64,000 nucleotides of DNA, taken from NCBI RefSeq assembly GCF_004010195.1, contig NC_057719.1, positions 72,596,583 through 72,660,582 on the forward strand, written 5' to 3'. The notes below the pieces were generated by a model. The model worked only from the letters and a program-made list of their open reading frames with translations. It searched no databases and was not told the DNA's origin. The stretch's first letter is position 1, and each line of letters opens with the position of its first letter. Below are positions 14,190-28,124 of the stretch, piece by piece. The DNA is from Chiloscyllium plagiosum (Eukaryota). Position numbers and translations under genes: made by a program.

Positions 14190-14932
14190 GTGGACATTGT
14201 ACAACACCAACACCTCAGAAGGCTAAAGAAATTCGGCATGTTCACAATGAATCTCCCAACTTTTAAAGATGCACCACTGAAAGCAAATTATATGGACACA
14301 TCACAGCTTGGTCTGGCAACTGCGTTGCCAAAGACCAAAGAAATTATAGAGAGTTGTGAACGGAGCCCAGTCCATCATGAAAACCAGCCTTTCTTCCATT
14401 GACTCTGTCTTAACAACATTTAAAAGGCATCTAGATGGGACATGAATAGAAAGGGTTTAGAGGGATATGGGCCAAGTACTGGCAAATGGGAATAGATCAA
14501 TTTAGGATATCTGGTCGGAATGGATGAGTTGGACCAAAGGGTCTTTTCCATGCTGTACATCTCTATGATTGTATACTTGCCCTCTATGATTGTATATTTG
14601 CCACTTGAGAAAACAGCCAATATAGCAAACAGCAAAGGCCCCTCCCACCCCAGTTATACTCTCTTCCACTCTTTATCAGGCAGAAGATACAGAAGTTTGA
14701 AAACACATACCAAAACATTCAAGATCAGCTTCTTCCCTGCTGTTATCAGACTTATGAATGGAGTGAATGTAGTCTCATATTAGAATTGATCTTTTTCTGC
14801 AACTGTAACACGATATTCTGCACTCTGTTCTATACCTTAATTTACGTACGTAAGTATGATTTTATGGATAACAAGCAAAACAATACTTTTCACTGTATCT
14901 TGGTACATGTGAAACTAATAAATCAAACCAAA
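14190..14932 (+). mobile_element. Rex1/Babar-type LINE 3' fragment interrupted by a CR1 tail (14413-14570)
   Basis: LRRLKKFGM ... PSHP-Y-LF--LSGRRYRSLKTHT--FK-SFFPAVIRLMN, typical Rex-Babar RT C-terminus. Confidence 0.8.
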
Positions 14933-15156
14933 TTAATAAGAATTGCACAAAAATGTCATCTTTCACGTTCTCGGGATATCCAAAAGCAGCTTATAGTCAA
15001 TAAATTATGCTGTGGCTCTGTTCACCGAGCTGGAAGTTTTTGTTGCAAATGTTTCGTCCCCTGGCTAGGCGACATCATCAGTGCTTGGGAGCCTCCTGCG
15101 AAGCGCTTCTTTGATGTTTCCTCCGGTGTTTATAGTGGTCTGTCCCTGCCACTTCC

Positions 15157-15673
15157 NNNNNNNNNNNNNNNNNNNNNNNNNNNNNNNNNNNNNNNNNNNN
15201 NNNNNNNNNNNNNNNNNNNNNNNNNNNNNNNNNNNNNNNNNNNNNNNNNNNNNNNNNNNNNNNNNNNNNNNNNNNNNNNNNNNNNNNNNNNNNNNNNNNN
15301 NNNNNNNNNNNNNNNNNNNNNNNNNNNNNNNNNNNNNNNNNNNNNNNNNNNNNNNNNNNNNNNNNNNNNNNNNNNNNNNNNNNNNNNNNNNNNNNNNNNN
15401 NNNNNNNNNNNNNNNNNNNNNNNNNNNNNNNNNNNNNNNNNNNNNNNNNNNNNNNNNNNNNNNNNNNNNNNNNNNNNNNNNNNNNNNNNNNNNNNNNNNN
15501 NNNNNNNNNNNNNNNNNNNNNNNNNNNNNNNNNNNNNNNNNNNNNNNNNNNNNNNNNNNNNNNNNNNNNNNNNNNNNNNNNNNNNNNNNNNNNNNNNNNN
15601 NNNNNNNNNNNNNNNNNNNNNNNNNNNNNNNNNNNNNNNNNNNNNNNNNNNNNNNNNNNNNNNNNNNNNNNNN
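15157..15673. other. Assembly gap (517 N) inside Penelope element
   Basis: Run of N. Confidence 1.
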
Positions 15674-16041
15674 ATGCAAGGACTGCACAAAACATTATAT
15701 AGGACAAACAGGAAGACAGCTAACTATCCGCATACATGAACATCAACTAGCCACGAAGCGACACGACCAGCTATCCTTAGTAGCCACACACGCAGACAAC
15801 AAGCAACATGAATTCGACTGGGACAACACTACTATCATAGGGCAAGCCAGACAGAGAACAGCCAGGGAATTCCTAGAGGCATGGCATTCATCCACAAACT
15901 CCATCAACAAACACATCGACCTGGACCCAATATACCAACCACTACAGCGGACAGCTGAAACTGACAATCGGAAGCGGCAGGGACAGACCACTATAAACAC
16001 CGGAGGAAACATCAAAGAAGCGCTTCGCAGGAGGCTCCCAA

Positions 16042-16081
16042 GCACTGATGATGTCGCCTAGCCAGGGGACGAAACGTTTGT
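16042..16081 (+). ncRNA. Minimal type I hammerhead ribozyme motif in PLE pseudo-LTR
   Basis: GCA-CTGATGA-T-GTCGCCT-AGCC-AGGGGAC-GAAA-C-GTT-TGT; an antisense copy lies at ~15044-15083. Confidence 0.7.
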
Positions 16082-16179
16082 AACAAAAACTTCCAGCTCA
16101 GCGAACAGAACACAGCAACGAGCACCCGAGCTACAAATCTTCGCACGAACTTTAATCAATAAATTATGATTTATAATTA

Positions 16180-17100
16180 CTCAGTGAACAGAATCAGAGT
16201 TTTTGCAGCACAGGAAGCCATTCAACCTATCATTTGTGTACCAGCTTTCTATAAGAGTTTCTCAGCTTGTCTCACTTCCCCGCTTATTTCCCATAGGCTT
16301 GCAAATTATCTGCCTTCAGATATTATCCAATTCCAATGTGAATGCCCTAACTTAATCAGACTCCACCACACTCTTAAAACAATGGCTTCTCGAGCCTATC
16401 ACATATAAAAAATGATTTTGTTTGTTGTCCTTTGAGTCATTTGCCAATCGCCTTGAATCAATATCCCCTGGTTCATGATCCTTCTGGCAAGGGCAATAGT
16501 TTCTACCCAATACTCAATACACAGGTGTGGCTGGTAAATTCAACTCTGAAGTTCTTAAAAGGACCCAGGAAGATTCAATCACACGAGTCATTAGGAAAAA
16601 AAGAGATAAAAAAATCAGTGAGGTGCTGTTCCTCCAGAAACACCATACCTCTTGTAATCCTGCAAACCTTTCCTTTAGCTAGTGATCAAATTCCCTTTTG
16701 ATATCCTGAATTAACACTGCCTTCAACATACTCTCAGGCAGTACATTCCAGTTCATAAGCATTCTTGCAGGAAAAAATTTTTCCTCATATCACTACTGCT
16801 TCTTGTGTCAATTTCCTTTGAACTGTGTTCTCAGTCTTGATGGGAACAGCTTGTTCCTATACAATTTGTCCAGTTCCATCAAGACTTTGAATATGTCCAT
16901 CAAATCCTCTCCACCTTCCCTTCCCCAAGGAGAACAACTGCAATGTTTCCAATATATGAAGATCGTCATACTTACAATCATTCCGAAAAGAGTTATCTGC
17001 ACCCTCTCTAAATGCTTTCAAATCATTCCTAAACTGCAGTGCCCAGAACTGGACGCAACAATCCAGTTAAGGCAAAGCCAGCATTTAAAAGAGCTTTAAA
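16180..17100 (-). mobile_element. Degenerate CR1 3' fragments
   Basis: cccagaactggacgcaa (CVQFW) and DL-D-FK-L--LDK---KLFP remnants. Confidence 0.65.
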
Positions 17101-17949
17101 GTAATTTCCTGTAGAAATAATATGATTGTCTTGTTGGATTAGTTATGAACAGTAGGCTGGTTGAGTGATGATCATGATCTTGTGTTTCTTGGTGTACATC
17201 AAAAAGTGCCTGTCTCTCCTGAGACTGGAATGTCGAGATGTTTTAATTTCTGATCTAAAGGGCAGTTCGTCTAACAACATTGTCTCAGTATCCATCATTC
17301 AAATAGCAAAATCCAACAGAAAACAGGCCTTTTATGAGTCTGGCATATTACAAAAGTCACTAGTATTTAAAGGGGCATTTTGAATGAAAGCTGAATGGAT
17401 AGATCTCATGTTGAAAAATTGTGTGCCCTTCATGTGAAAGGAGTCAACAATGATTTCTTAGTATTGTAATAGTTCTGCAAGAACCAGTTCCCTGATACCT
17501 GTCTTTGGATCTCAACCCAAGTTTATTTTTAGTTTACTGCATGCCAAAGTGTTTTAATGTCAAGGTTTGCAGCTTTAGTTCCTGGCTCCTTCCAAATAAA
17601 AGAAATAATAGCTAAGATATGTGGAAAATCCACTGTGTTGGCATTGAGAACCAAAATTAACAGCAGTAAAAGTTAGCAACAGATATCTGTTCAAAAGCGT
17701 TCATTCAAGAACATGATTATGAGCAATGACACATCAATGCCAATGGCTGGACTTTGCAGAAAGAGAAATTATCAATCAATCTTTTTAACCAAAGGATTTT
17801 GCTGAATCTCACCTGATTGAAAACTAGTAGCAACATGTGAGTTGGAGGATGCCATTACTAGTAATTAAAAACGCAGACACAAATCAACGGTAAGTCTGCA
17901 AACATTCAGAAGTGCCACTGACAATTTAAAAAGGTACCTGCTCAATTTG

Positions 17950-18320
17950 CACCATGTGCACAAACATTCACCTCCCTCCTCTACTGATGCAGAAATTCAC
18001 AAAGGCCTCTCAGACAGCTTCTTCCAAACCTACACCCAATATCATTTTTAATGATAAGGGTAACAGATACACAGGAACACCACCACCACCACCTGAAAAT
18101 TCCTTTCCAAGCCATGTACCATACAAACTTGGAAATATCTTGCTATTTCCTGACTGTTGCTTGGTCAAAATCATGGAAATCCCCTCCCAATAGCACTGAA
18201 GGTGTACTTACACTGAACAGACAGCAGTGGTTTAAAAAGATAGTTCACCATCATCATCTCAAAGGCAACTAGGGGTGGCCAATAAATCATGGCCCAGCCA
18301 GTGAAGCACACATCCCTGAA
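17950..18320 (+). mobile_element. LINE 3' end sharing its tail with a tRNA-SINE
   Basis: SKSW-S-PNS...ctcaaaggcaactaggggtggccaataaat; the same tail occurs inverted at 20840, 31015 and 50205. Confidence 0.6.
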
Positions 18321-18899
18321 AATTCATAAGATATACTAAAGGAAGTAAGGAGAACTTGCAGCTGATTGCCACAAAGTGTTTTGCTGAAGGCAGCAAAATC
18401 GAAAACTTTGCAAAGATGCATCTAATTTCATGATGCAGATAGTAGTAGCAAAGTGTATTGAATCTGCTGAATATTCACTGAGCTATTGTTGTAAGAAGAC
18501 AACGTACTTTAAAAAAAATCAAAAATCATAATCATAAACAGTAGATTGTACCCCACTAATAATATAATTCATTGTGAAATTTACCATGTAAAAGAAATCA
18601 GTGAGGAATTCTCAGGAATAGTTTTGCATAATTGCAGTAAGGCAGAAGAGGAAAACATCAATTAACATTAAAAAATTGATTATAAGGATTACAAATGTGT
18701 TTTGCTCGTAATGACTCTTCTTTAAAAGTGCAGATGAAATACCACAAGTGAATTTTTTGATGGAAACAAAATTCTGCCATTCTTTCCCTTGGCCAGAGTA
18801 TAATAAACTATTATTCCTATGTGTTTTAAAGGACATACTGGATATTTATTAGATGTTTAGTTTCCTTTTACAAATATGTTTTTGTTCTTTAGCTTATAA

Positions 18900-20200
18900 T
18901 GGAATCATTTGCAGCACACAAGGCGGCCATTCAATCCATCAACTCTATGCCAACCCCTTGTATAGCAATCCATTCCCCAAGCTCTATTGCCATAGCTCTG
19001 CGAATTTATTTCCTTCAAGCAACTACATAATTTCATTTTGGATTCATTGATCATCTCTAATTCTACTAATCGTGTAGGGGAGTTCCAGGTCATTGCATTT
19101 GCTGTGTAAAAAGGTTCTTCTTTGCATCACCCTGAATCTCTTGCTCATAATCTTAAATTTATAAGCATCCAGTCTTTGGATCAAGGTAATATGATGAGTT
19201 TTTCCTGGTCTATCTTATTCCAAACTTGTCATAATCTTGTATTTTATCAAATCTCCCTTCAGTTTCCTTTGTCCAGGGAGAATAACTCTAACTTTCCCAA
19301 TTTCATCTTGTAACTGAAATAGCCCATTCCTGGTACCATTGAGAAGAACTGTTATTTCTTCCTCTGCACTGCTAGTTAGCTTATGATACAGTGATCAATC
19401 TTTCCTAACTGCTTCAATGGCACTAGTTGAAACAGCCCACCTTCTTCTCCAGCATCAGGTGCAAAAATAGTGTTTCTAATTATACTGAGAAAATAATGGC
19501 CAAGGAGATTCTTGTAAACACATTTCAGAATGTCTTCTCCCTTTAACGTTCCAAATCGATAATTAAAGTACATATATCATCACTTGATAGTTCTCCCGAG
19601 ATTTTTATGCATACTTGCTTCTCCTCTTGTCAGTTGGAGGCTACAGAATATCTCCACTAGTGTAATCCTATTGTTTCTTCATAGCACTAATTAAATTGAT
19701 CAGTTCTTGCTCCTTCAAGAATATCATCTATTTTGCACATCATATAGTATTTTACCTTCTTTTCTATTTTTTCAAAATCTTTATATCCTTGAATACTCAC
19801 TCCAAGATTTTTAAGTCATGCCTCCTCTTACATTGTCTTGTATTGGTGGTGATTTTAGCTTACCAACTATTATTCACTAGACTTTGCACGTTTACATATG
19901 TGCATCACTACCTAGTTTCTGAATTTCTCACTATCTTTAGTTCACTGCTAACTAATATGGTCTTTGTTCCTTCTCTGGTATGGACTAACTCTTTCATTTT
20001 TCTTCCCTACTTCTATGTATTGGCACCCAATGCCTTCTAATTTATTTATATTCTCCCAATCAGACTAGTGAAGTTTCCCATGAAGACATTGGTCTCAGTC
20101 TTGTTGAAATGCAACTCAACCTTTCCAGACCCAGAAGTGGTCCCAATGCCCCAAGAATCTGAAGTTAATGGCACTAAAAGCCAATCTTTAGAAACAATGT
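18900..20200 (-). mobile_element. Highly degenerate CR1 remnants
   Basis: 3' tail (ggcggccattcaatccatc) and endonuclease-region remnants. Confidence 0.5.
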
Positions 20201-20834
20201 GATGAAAATCCATGTGACATGGCAAAACAATTTTCAAACAGAACAAAACCATTTACACACATAATTACTATGGTGATGCAACTGTTTTCATTTTAACTTT
20301 TTCTCATTTTTAAAAGCACATCAATGGTTCAATGTCACAGGTAACAAGACCACGCAATCCATGCCCCATTTTTGTTAGGAGAGATTTCCAATTGGAATAA
20401 GATGACTTTACACTGATGGTGAAGGACCTATTCTTAATCTGACATCGGCCAAAGGCAATCTGGTGATACTGTGAACTCACTATGTGACCAACAGAAAAAA
20501 CATACAATGCTACAATACATGTGTGCACGTAAATAGATCATGAGATCAATGCCTAATGGAACAAATTAAAAATCCTGTGGGTGTGAAAACCAAACGTAGC
20601 TCAATTTTTGTACTCTTCACGTGTGACTAATGCTGATTAATAGTAGCTGGCACAAAAATCACCACAAACACAATTTTCACTTATTCATTAAAACAGCAGA
20701 AAAAAGATTAAATTATGGTAAAGTGCGTGTTTACAAGAACATTTCAAGGCTGTCCTGAATACAAGTTGGTTTTAAGAGCTGTTAGCCATGGCAGTAACAC
20801 ACGAAATTAAGGGGCAACGGAAACTATTTTAAAA

Positions 20835-21175
20835 ATTCATTCATTGGATGTGGGTGTCACTGGCTGAGCAAGCATTTATTGCCAATTCCTAATTCTCAGA
20901 TAAGAGTCCACCACATTGTTGTGGATCTGCAGATACATGTAGGTTAGACTGGGTAAGGACAGATTTCTTTCCCCCTAAAGGACATTAGTGAACCAGATGG
21001 GCTTTTTTTGACATTCAATGGTTTCATAGTCATCGTTAGACTCTTATTTCCAGGCTTATATTGCATTCAAATTCCATCAGCTACCATGACAGGATTAGAA
21101 CCAGTGTCCCCAGATCATTACCTGCATCTCTGAATAATAGATCAGTGACAACGTCACTAGATCACTATCTCCCAT
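20835..21175 (-). mobile_element. tRNA-derived SINE with LINE-shared tail
   Basis: Homologous to 50200-50720; box-B-like ggttctaatcc on the minus strand. Confidence 0.7.
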
Positions 21176-22449
21176 TTGCATTGTTCATGACAGTTCCACC
21201 ACTTTACTGGTGATTAAGATTAAATTGATGGAGTTTTAACTGGCTGGGTGGGATTTTATTTTTGGGTACAGGACACATCAGGGCAATTTTCAATGCATTT
21301 GGGTAGATGCCAGTGTTGTAGATGTACTGGAACAGTTGGACTATGGTTGCAGCAAGTTCTGGAACAAGTTTTCTGTACTATTAACACAATGATGGCAGGC
21401 CCCATAGTCTTTGGAATGTCTAGTGCCTCTAGCCATGTCTTATTACCACATGAAGGTGAATCAAATTGGCTTCAGACTGGCATCTGTGATGCTATGGATC
21501 TCCTGACAAGGTCGATACAGATCACACATCGCAGCACTTCTGGTGGAAGATTGCTGTGGATGCTTCAGCCTTACCTTTTGGTCTGATGTGCTGGCCACTC
21601 CCATCACTGATAAAGGGGATGTGGCAGGACTGCAGAAATTAGATCTGATCTGATCTGATCTGTTGGTTGTGAAATCACTTAGCTCTGTATATCACATGCT
21701 GCTGTTTACACACAGGTGGCTTTGTAGCTTCACAAGGTTGATACTTCATTTTTAGATATACTTGGTGCTGCTTCTGGCATGCCCTCCTGCACTTTTCATT
21801 GAGTTAGGATCGATAGAAGACAGTGTTTAGCATCCTAAGCTTTATTATTAAGGACATAGCATACAAACGCAAGGATGTTATGCTTAATTTGTAGAAGATA
21901 TTGGTCCAGCCTCAGCTGAAATACCATGTCCTGTTCTGGGGGCTGTACTTTGGTAAGGATGCAAAGATATTGAACAGAGTGCAGGAGAGATTCATGAGAA
22001 TGATTTCAATTAATGACCACTTCAGGGCTTCATCTTTCTGCTACAGGTATTAATCTAGCTGTGTCTGTGGCTGCCATCTTGCAGCAAGCACAACAGGCAA
22101 AACTAAGTGGCCAGCTTGTCATCTCCTGGGGATGGGTGTGTCATCAGAAGGGAGAGGGGATACTGGAGCCTTCCCTTGCTGCTGATTCCTAGATACCCTT
22201 CTTCGTTGGACCCCCACCCTGTGAAATCACAGTGGACATTGCCTGCCGTGTTCTGAGACTGCTGAGGTCATGAGCTGCTGGCCTGATGGGGCAGCAGCTC
22301 TCCGTGGGCTGAGGATAATCTTGGCTGACATTACAGTCAAATAATGAAACATTGGTGCACTGTTTGACAAGACATCAAAACTGATAAGCTGTTTGCCAGC
22401 AAAATGTCACATTGCACTATCTGAAGAACAACAAATGAACTTTCTAGGT

Positions 22450-22590
22450 GAAACAAACAGAGAATGTTGGAGAAACTCAGCAGGTCTGAGAGAGAGAGAA
22501 AGAGAGTTAATGTTTCAAATCTGATATGACTCACCTCCAGCATTCTTTGTTTGTTTCAGATTTCTAGCATCTGCAGTATTTTGCTTTTTC
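22450..22590. mobile_element. Small fold-back PLE-derived element (family C)
   Basis: gaaacaaacagagaatgttggag ... ctccagcattctttgtttgtttc inverted arms. Confidence 0.65.
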
Positions 22591-22780
22591 ATGAGTTCTC
22601 CAGATGCACTGGTCAACATTTATCCCACATCCAAATTCTCCAAAAAAAAATAAAACTACTTCACTGCTGTTTCTGGAACTTTGTTGTGTGAAACTTAGCT
22701 GGCACAGTTTTCCGCATTATAACAATTAAGTATGACATGTCACAAAGTCATAAAAGAGGCTAAATAAATGCAAGTTCTTC
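22590..22780 (+). mobile_element. Deu-domain SINE remnant (SacSINE1/AmnSINE1-like)
   Basis: atttatccc..c...ctgctgtttctggaactttgttgtgtgaaa...taaataaatgcaagttc resembles the recalled Deu domain and tail. Confidence 0.55.
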
Positions 22781-22992
22781 CTATTCTTCTCTATACTGTG
22801 ACACATAAATATGCTAATAGAAAGTAAAGATAAAAGAGATTATTCTGATTAGTGTTATTTCTAACAGTCTTGAAAATAAGCTACCTCATATCAATTTTAT
22901 CAGAGAAGTATGATGCAAAACATTTATGGCTGTTCAAATACAAAAAATGCAAAATTAGAATATACTGAGGTAATATTAGTTCAGATACTTAC

Positions 22993-23126
22993 ATCATAAC
23001 TGAAGTCTGCATCATTTGCTACTGTCAAGTCTGCAAGGTCACCAAGGCCCAAGACACTTTCTAGCACATCATCGGGACCCATAATAAATGATTTGCCAGT
23101 TCCAGAGGGAAAAGCCAGCGGCTCAG
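22993..23126 (-). CDS. STRN3: Striatin-3 coding exon (~exon 10, 134 nt), just before WD40 domain
   Basis: aaatag|CT GAG CCG...TAT GAT|gtaagt; (A)EPLAFPSGTGKSFIMGPDDVLESVLGLGDLADLTVANDADFSYD; phase 1 to 0. Confidence 0.97.
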
Positions 23127-23890
23127 CTATTTGAAAAAAAAAACAATTATTTAACATTAAGTACATAAATCAAATGGAAAAAAAAAATCGCAGAACCTGT
23201 TTTTATTAATGTATCCCTAATAACATGTCATTATTAAAACACTGATTTTTTTTCCAATGCTTCAATTTCTCAAATGTCGGGAAAACTTCTTTTCCTGTAT
23301 ACTAGCAAACTAATATTAATGCTTTCACTCCAAAAGATAGCCTCAGTGTTTCATCAGAAACAAAAGTTCCAATTAACATCAAACCCAATTTTAGAGCAAT
23401 ACTTTGTAAGTCTTGGAGGTAAGCTGCTTATTTTTAAATTGAACCCAGAACACGTGAAAAGTACAAACAAGAAAAACACTAAACAAATAAAGTATCAGTA
23501 ACAAATCCAAAAACAATGACATTTTTTCATAAGCAACCTGGAAGATTCAACTGTAGATTTCAAAAAGGAAATTGATAATATGAAACAATTTTAATGTTCA
23601 TTGGTGAAAACAGGGGAACAGGATGAGCTGACTCACTCTTCTAGACACACAGAATCATTTGACCTCCTTTTGTGCTGTATTGTTCAACCAAATCTGTGTA
23701 ACAAGTGTAATACAAAGTTGTAGTGAAACATTATCCAAGATTTTAAAAAAATCGAAGAGGTTTCAACAATTCTGTAAAATAATCCATGTTAACACATTTT
23801 TTCTTAATGTCCATTTTACTGTTCATAATTTAAGGGTTCTCTCCCGATACAACATTTATTAAAACATATAAAAATGTAAGGCTTTTCCAC

Positions 23891-24870
23891 TGTCATGGTT
23901 AGAGGGCATGAAGAGAACCTACTCCAAAAAAAGTATTATTTTCTATGATTATGTATTTAAATTCAGTTTCTTCCACAAGTGGACAACTTTGCTGAATTCA
24001 AAAAATGACCAAAGCCAATTACATGATTGCATTTTCAGAATCTCTTGAATCGCATTAACATCCCAGCTAAAGCTGACATGACATATTTGGAAATGAGGTG
24101 CCAGAGAGCTGTCTGCTTCCAGCCAGCTTTAGACAAAGGAAAACATCAAGACCCATTTTGCTACAATTATGCCAATGCCTTTACTTACCTTATCATCATG
24201 GAAACTTCAAAAGACAGATACAAATTATACCGCTATCTTAATGGCCTTCCAATTAGCCCACCAAGATGGGCCCGCAACAAGTGAAATGCTTGTAATTATC
24301 GCATGACTGAAATCCAACCTGTTTGAATTGCTTAAATGTACAGTTCTGGAATTCTAAGTATTTGATGTCAGTGGTTCCAGGCAACTAGGAGACCTGTTTG
24401 CCCTCTCTTGTTCCCTCTCAAAAGTGTCATCGCCACAAAGAACCTTAGACTTTGCCGACCGAATTAGACTAAATTATCCAAGTACAAGAAATACTGCTGC
24501 ACCTTTGACTATGACCCATTTCCATCCCAGAAATGCTACAAGATCAGCCAACAGACAGACTCCCAATTGGATATCCACTCACTGGACTTTAAGTCAAATA
24601 AACATTATCTACCTTGGATAGTTGGGCGAATAAAGCAATTCCCCATGTTCTGAATGTTTTATTAATAAATTCTACCCTTGATTTTATATTAAAGAATTTT
24701 GTTATGTGTCTATTTCAAAAAAATGGAATCTGAACACCCCTTAACCTACCTCAAAAAGTGATGGGAATAAGAAAACAAAAAGGAGTAAACCAAACCAAAA
24801 CTTCTCATCTTGGACTCAAGAGGAGAAAAGTAATCAATTTAAACTCATCCATTTCCCTTTGTCCGTAACA
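23891..24870. mobile_element. Putative solo LTR
   Basis: Ends tgtcatgg...ccgtaaca (TG..CA, imperfect inverted); no clear TSD. Confidence 0.35.
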
Positions 24871-27800
24871 TGAGAAATATTGTGCCTCTGCTGCAAATTG
24901 ATTATTCTTCCTTCTTGCTCATTCTTTACCAATTTCGAATTTGAACCTCCATTTCCCTCCATCACAAGCCAATGAAAACAAATGAAAATATGGGAGAACT
25001 AACCATGTGAAACAGAAGCTAAAGAAAGAAAGCCAAATAGAAAAGAACTAGATAATTGACAAAGTAAACAGAGGAACGATTCAAAACAAAAACAGTTTAA
25101 AAAAAAAGTTGAGTGCCAGAAAGTTTCACTGCAACAGTACTGCTCCAGCAGACTTACATGTGGAAACCACGTACAATTTCAAAATCCATTCAACTGCTAT
25201 TATTATTGCAAACAATGGAACGAGTCAATCAAGTGAACTGTAGCAGTCCACTTTCAAAACAGGAATAAAATGTCAAGTAATTGGGATTCCTCTTATATTT
25301 TCAAGATGCTGTTAGCTTGTCCATTGTTATGCATATAATCTGCTAAATTAAATACCAGCGACACAGCAGTGTAGACCAATGTTCGACTATAGGTGGAAGT
25401 AGAAAAGCGATAGAGAGAGGGAGATTCTTAGCAGAAGCTGCATGATCCATCTAAGAGAAGGAAATGAAGTAGAATAAGTCACATCAACCAAGATAATTCT
25501 CATGCACATTCCATCTAACATTTATGGTGCAGGTTATCAGTCTTGTCATCTTCTTAATTAGGGAAGAACAGAAGTTTAAAGGATCATTAAATGGGGGCAT
25601 GAGACAGAACACATGTAAGACATACAAACTCTAACAGGTTAAGTTTCATACAATTTATGAAGTTACTTAACATTCAACCAAACGTTGCTGGCAAAACACT
25701 GTAATCACTTCACTGCTTTATAACAAATTATTTCTTAGACATTTTTCTAAACATCTGCCTAGCTATATAAAACTGGAGAAGTTCACGCTTAAATACCGAA
25801 CTGTTAAAGTAGAAAGGCAAATTAATTTATTCTAATACAGCTGGATTTTAGTGGAGGATTATAACAAGATCAATGCTTAATTTCTATTTCAATCCTGCAA
25901 ATCTGTTTGAAAAGTTGTCTCTTTGATTTTGTAAAGTAACAAAATCATGGCAATTTTTCCTGCAACTGGGAACAGAAGAACTGATTTTTGTTTAAGAAAG
26001 AGCATGGATGTGCATGGGGTTATGAACCGTCAATTCAGGATTGTGATCTGATTGTGAAAACATATCTTGGTGTTCTATCTACACAATATACGGAAGTTCA
26101 AAATAATTACACTTCTCCAAAATCAGGTTTCGCACTGATAAACTGATAAATTAAATTTGCCTGTTCCACCCAGCAGAAACAGGTCTTTCACATTTCACTA
26201 AGTGCTTCTACACCAAATGCTTTTCGACAATGTTACCACCTTAAGTTTTAAACTATTAGGCATATTCATGTGAATTAAAATAATTTGCTGCATGAAGAAT
26301 TATTAAAATCCAAGACACAAAGCAGTCACCCAGATCTGTTACTTGACCTGCAATTGTAATTTGCAGTAGAAACAAACCAGTTGTCATTAGCAGGCGTTAA
26401 ATCTACATAACTTTCCAAAGCAATATATAATACTTCAAAAGCTACTTCAGATTACCTAACTATTATTTACAAATTCCTTTGATGCGACCGAGTAAAAAAA
26501 TCTCAATGATACACTGAGCAACATTTGGTGCTATAGCTAAATGAAAATACTTGGTTAGAAATGTTGCTTTACTGAACAGATAACATGGAACAAAAAATGG
26601 CTGAAGATTGCATAGAATTTAAACACATACACAAAAGTTTTGTTTTGATTAGACATTTTTCCATCAATTGTACAGAAACATTTGGATGATGAGCAATCTA
26701 GGTTGTATTTTGGTTTGCACACTCTACAATAACAGTGGTAATTACAAGCTCAATTGGGTTGAATTTACTTACTAAATTCTGAGCATGGGTTAGAAGGCAG
26801 CTCTGAATAACACATATCCAAAATTATTTATTTTAATCCAGATTTCGATTTAGTGATAGCCACTTTAAAAATGTTTGTGCGCTAATGGAATTGCAACAGC
26901 AAGCTAAAGCCAAAGTCTTGGAAGCAGGTCCATGCTGATATCAAACTGGTTATTGTTATCTCCCAGACAAAAGGCATAAAAGAGAGTTTAACACAGACTT
27001 TTCAAATATATGCAGAATTGGTTCAGTGGTATTTGATTTTGTCAGTTCAACAGATCAAAATGTAACAGGTCCCAAAATTCCCTGCCTAAAATACACTAAG
27101 AACGGAAAGAGACAGGCTGTACTAAAATAGAAAACAGTTGGTGTGGGGTCAGAATAAGACGGAAAAGTAATAAAGACTAATTAGTGCTTTGATCACATGC
27201 CCTGAGAGTGGTCTCTGAGTTACCAATTTTGTGTAGCTCACTGGTAGCCCCATTTTAGTTTGAAAGTTTTAATTTAAAAATAACCAGCAAAATGGCTTTA
27301 TGTTTAAACAAGCTAAAGACTAGTTTAAAAACTTTGGCTGTTATTATTCAAGTAAAAGTGACCATGTCACTAGTCAAAAATCCACACATAAAGGTAAGGT
27401 ACTTATAAAAATTGGAATTTAGATTAGCCTCTTATTGTTGCAGGCCGGTGACTGGCTTCAAGTCTCCATTTCCAAAGACATGAAGTCAGAATTCAACAGG
27501 TATTGTAATTTCTGCAGTTGGAAGTTGCTCCCACAAGTGAACAAAACAGGTACAGGTGGCAAATAAAGGTTCCTCTGTTTTATATTTTATGAAATTGTAT
27601 CTTGTTGCTCTTGGTACCTGGTTCAGTACAAATAGACTTGCGTCCTTCTTCCTGTCTCGCTGCTGAGAAGCAGTGACTGCATCAAGATGTCTTTATCAGT
27701 CTCTGTTCAGAGAAGCTGATTGCAGCCAGACTTCATGCAGGTCAAAATGTAAAATGGCTACTCCCTACAATCTGTCATATCATGCTTCCAGCTTAAAGTG

Positions 27801-28124
27801 CTAAGTTAGGCCTGGGGCACAGACCCAGGAGGACCGTCCATTATCTTTTAGTGTGGATAATTAACATTCTATCTGTCTCAGGTGATTAGCTTCGAAGGCT
27901 CTTACGGTCAGATCTGGTAATTCACAATTCTATTCACAATTTCAGGAAAACCACTTAAAAATTTCTTGGAAATTTCATAGTATTTCAAAACATCATGTTC
28001 TTACTTCCTGAGATAATTACAGTATGGTCACAACACGAGATGAATCGTCAAGTACAGTCATGAGACTTTTAAACAGATTCTTTGTCCATTTTAAAGACAG
28101 ATAAGCTTCCTTTACTAAATATAA

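Larger units (their letters stand above)
15010..16155 (+). mobile_element. Penelope-like element: GIY-YIG endonuclease C-terminus, inverted 5' pseudo-LTR, 13-bp TSD
   Basis: CKDCTKHYIGQTGRQLTIRIHEH...REFLEAWHS..SINKHIDL; 15010-15156 is the reverse complement of ~15970-16115; tcaataaattatg at 14997-15009 and 16156-16168. Confidence 0.93.

Noticed and set aside
12894..14570. Two CR1 tails beginning at nearly the same position (a distinct SINE?)
   Set aside because: Starts differ by several nt and two copies are too few; simple 5' truncation explains it
21642..21662. (GATCT)4 and other microsatellites
   Set aside because: Ordinary slippage repeats
27061..27770. Possible further solo LTR (tgtaaca...ctaca)
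   Set aside because: No TSD or other supporting motifs; cannot be supported from the sequence alone
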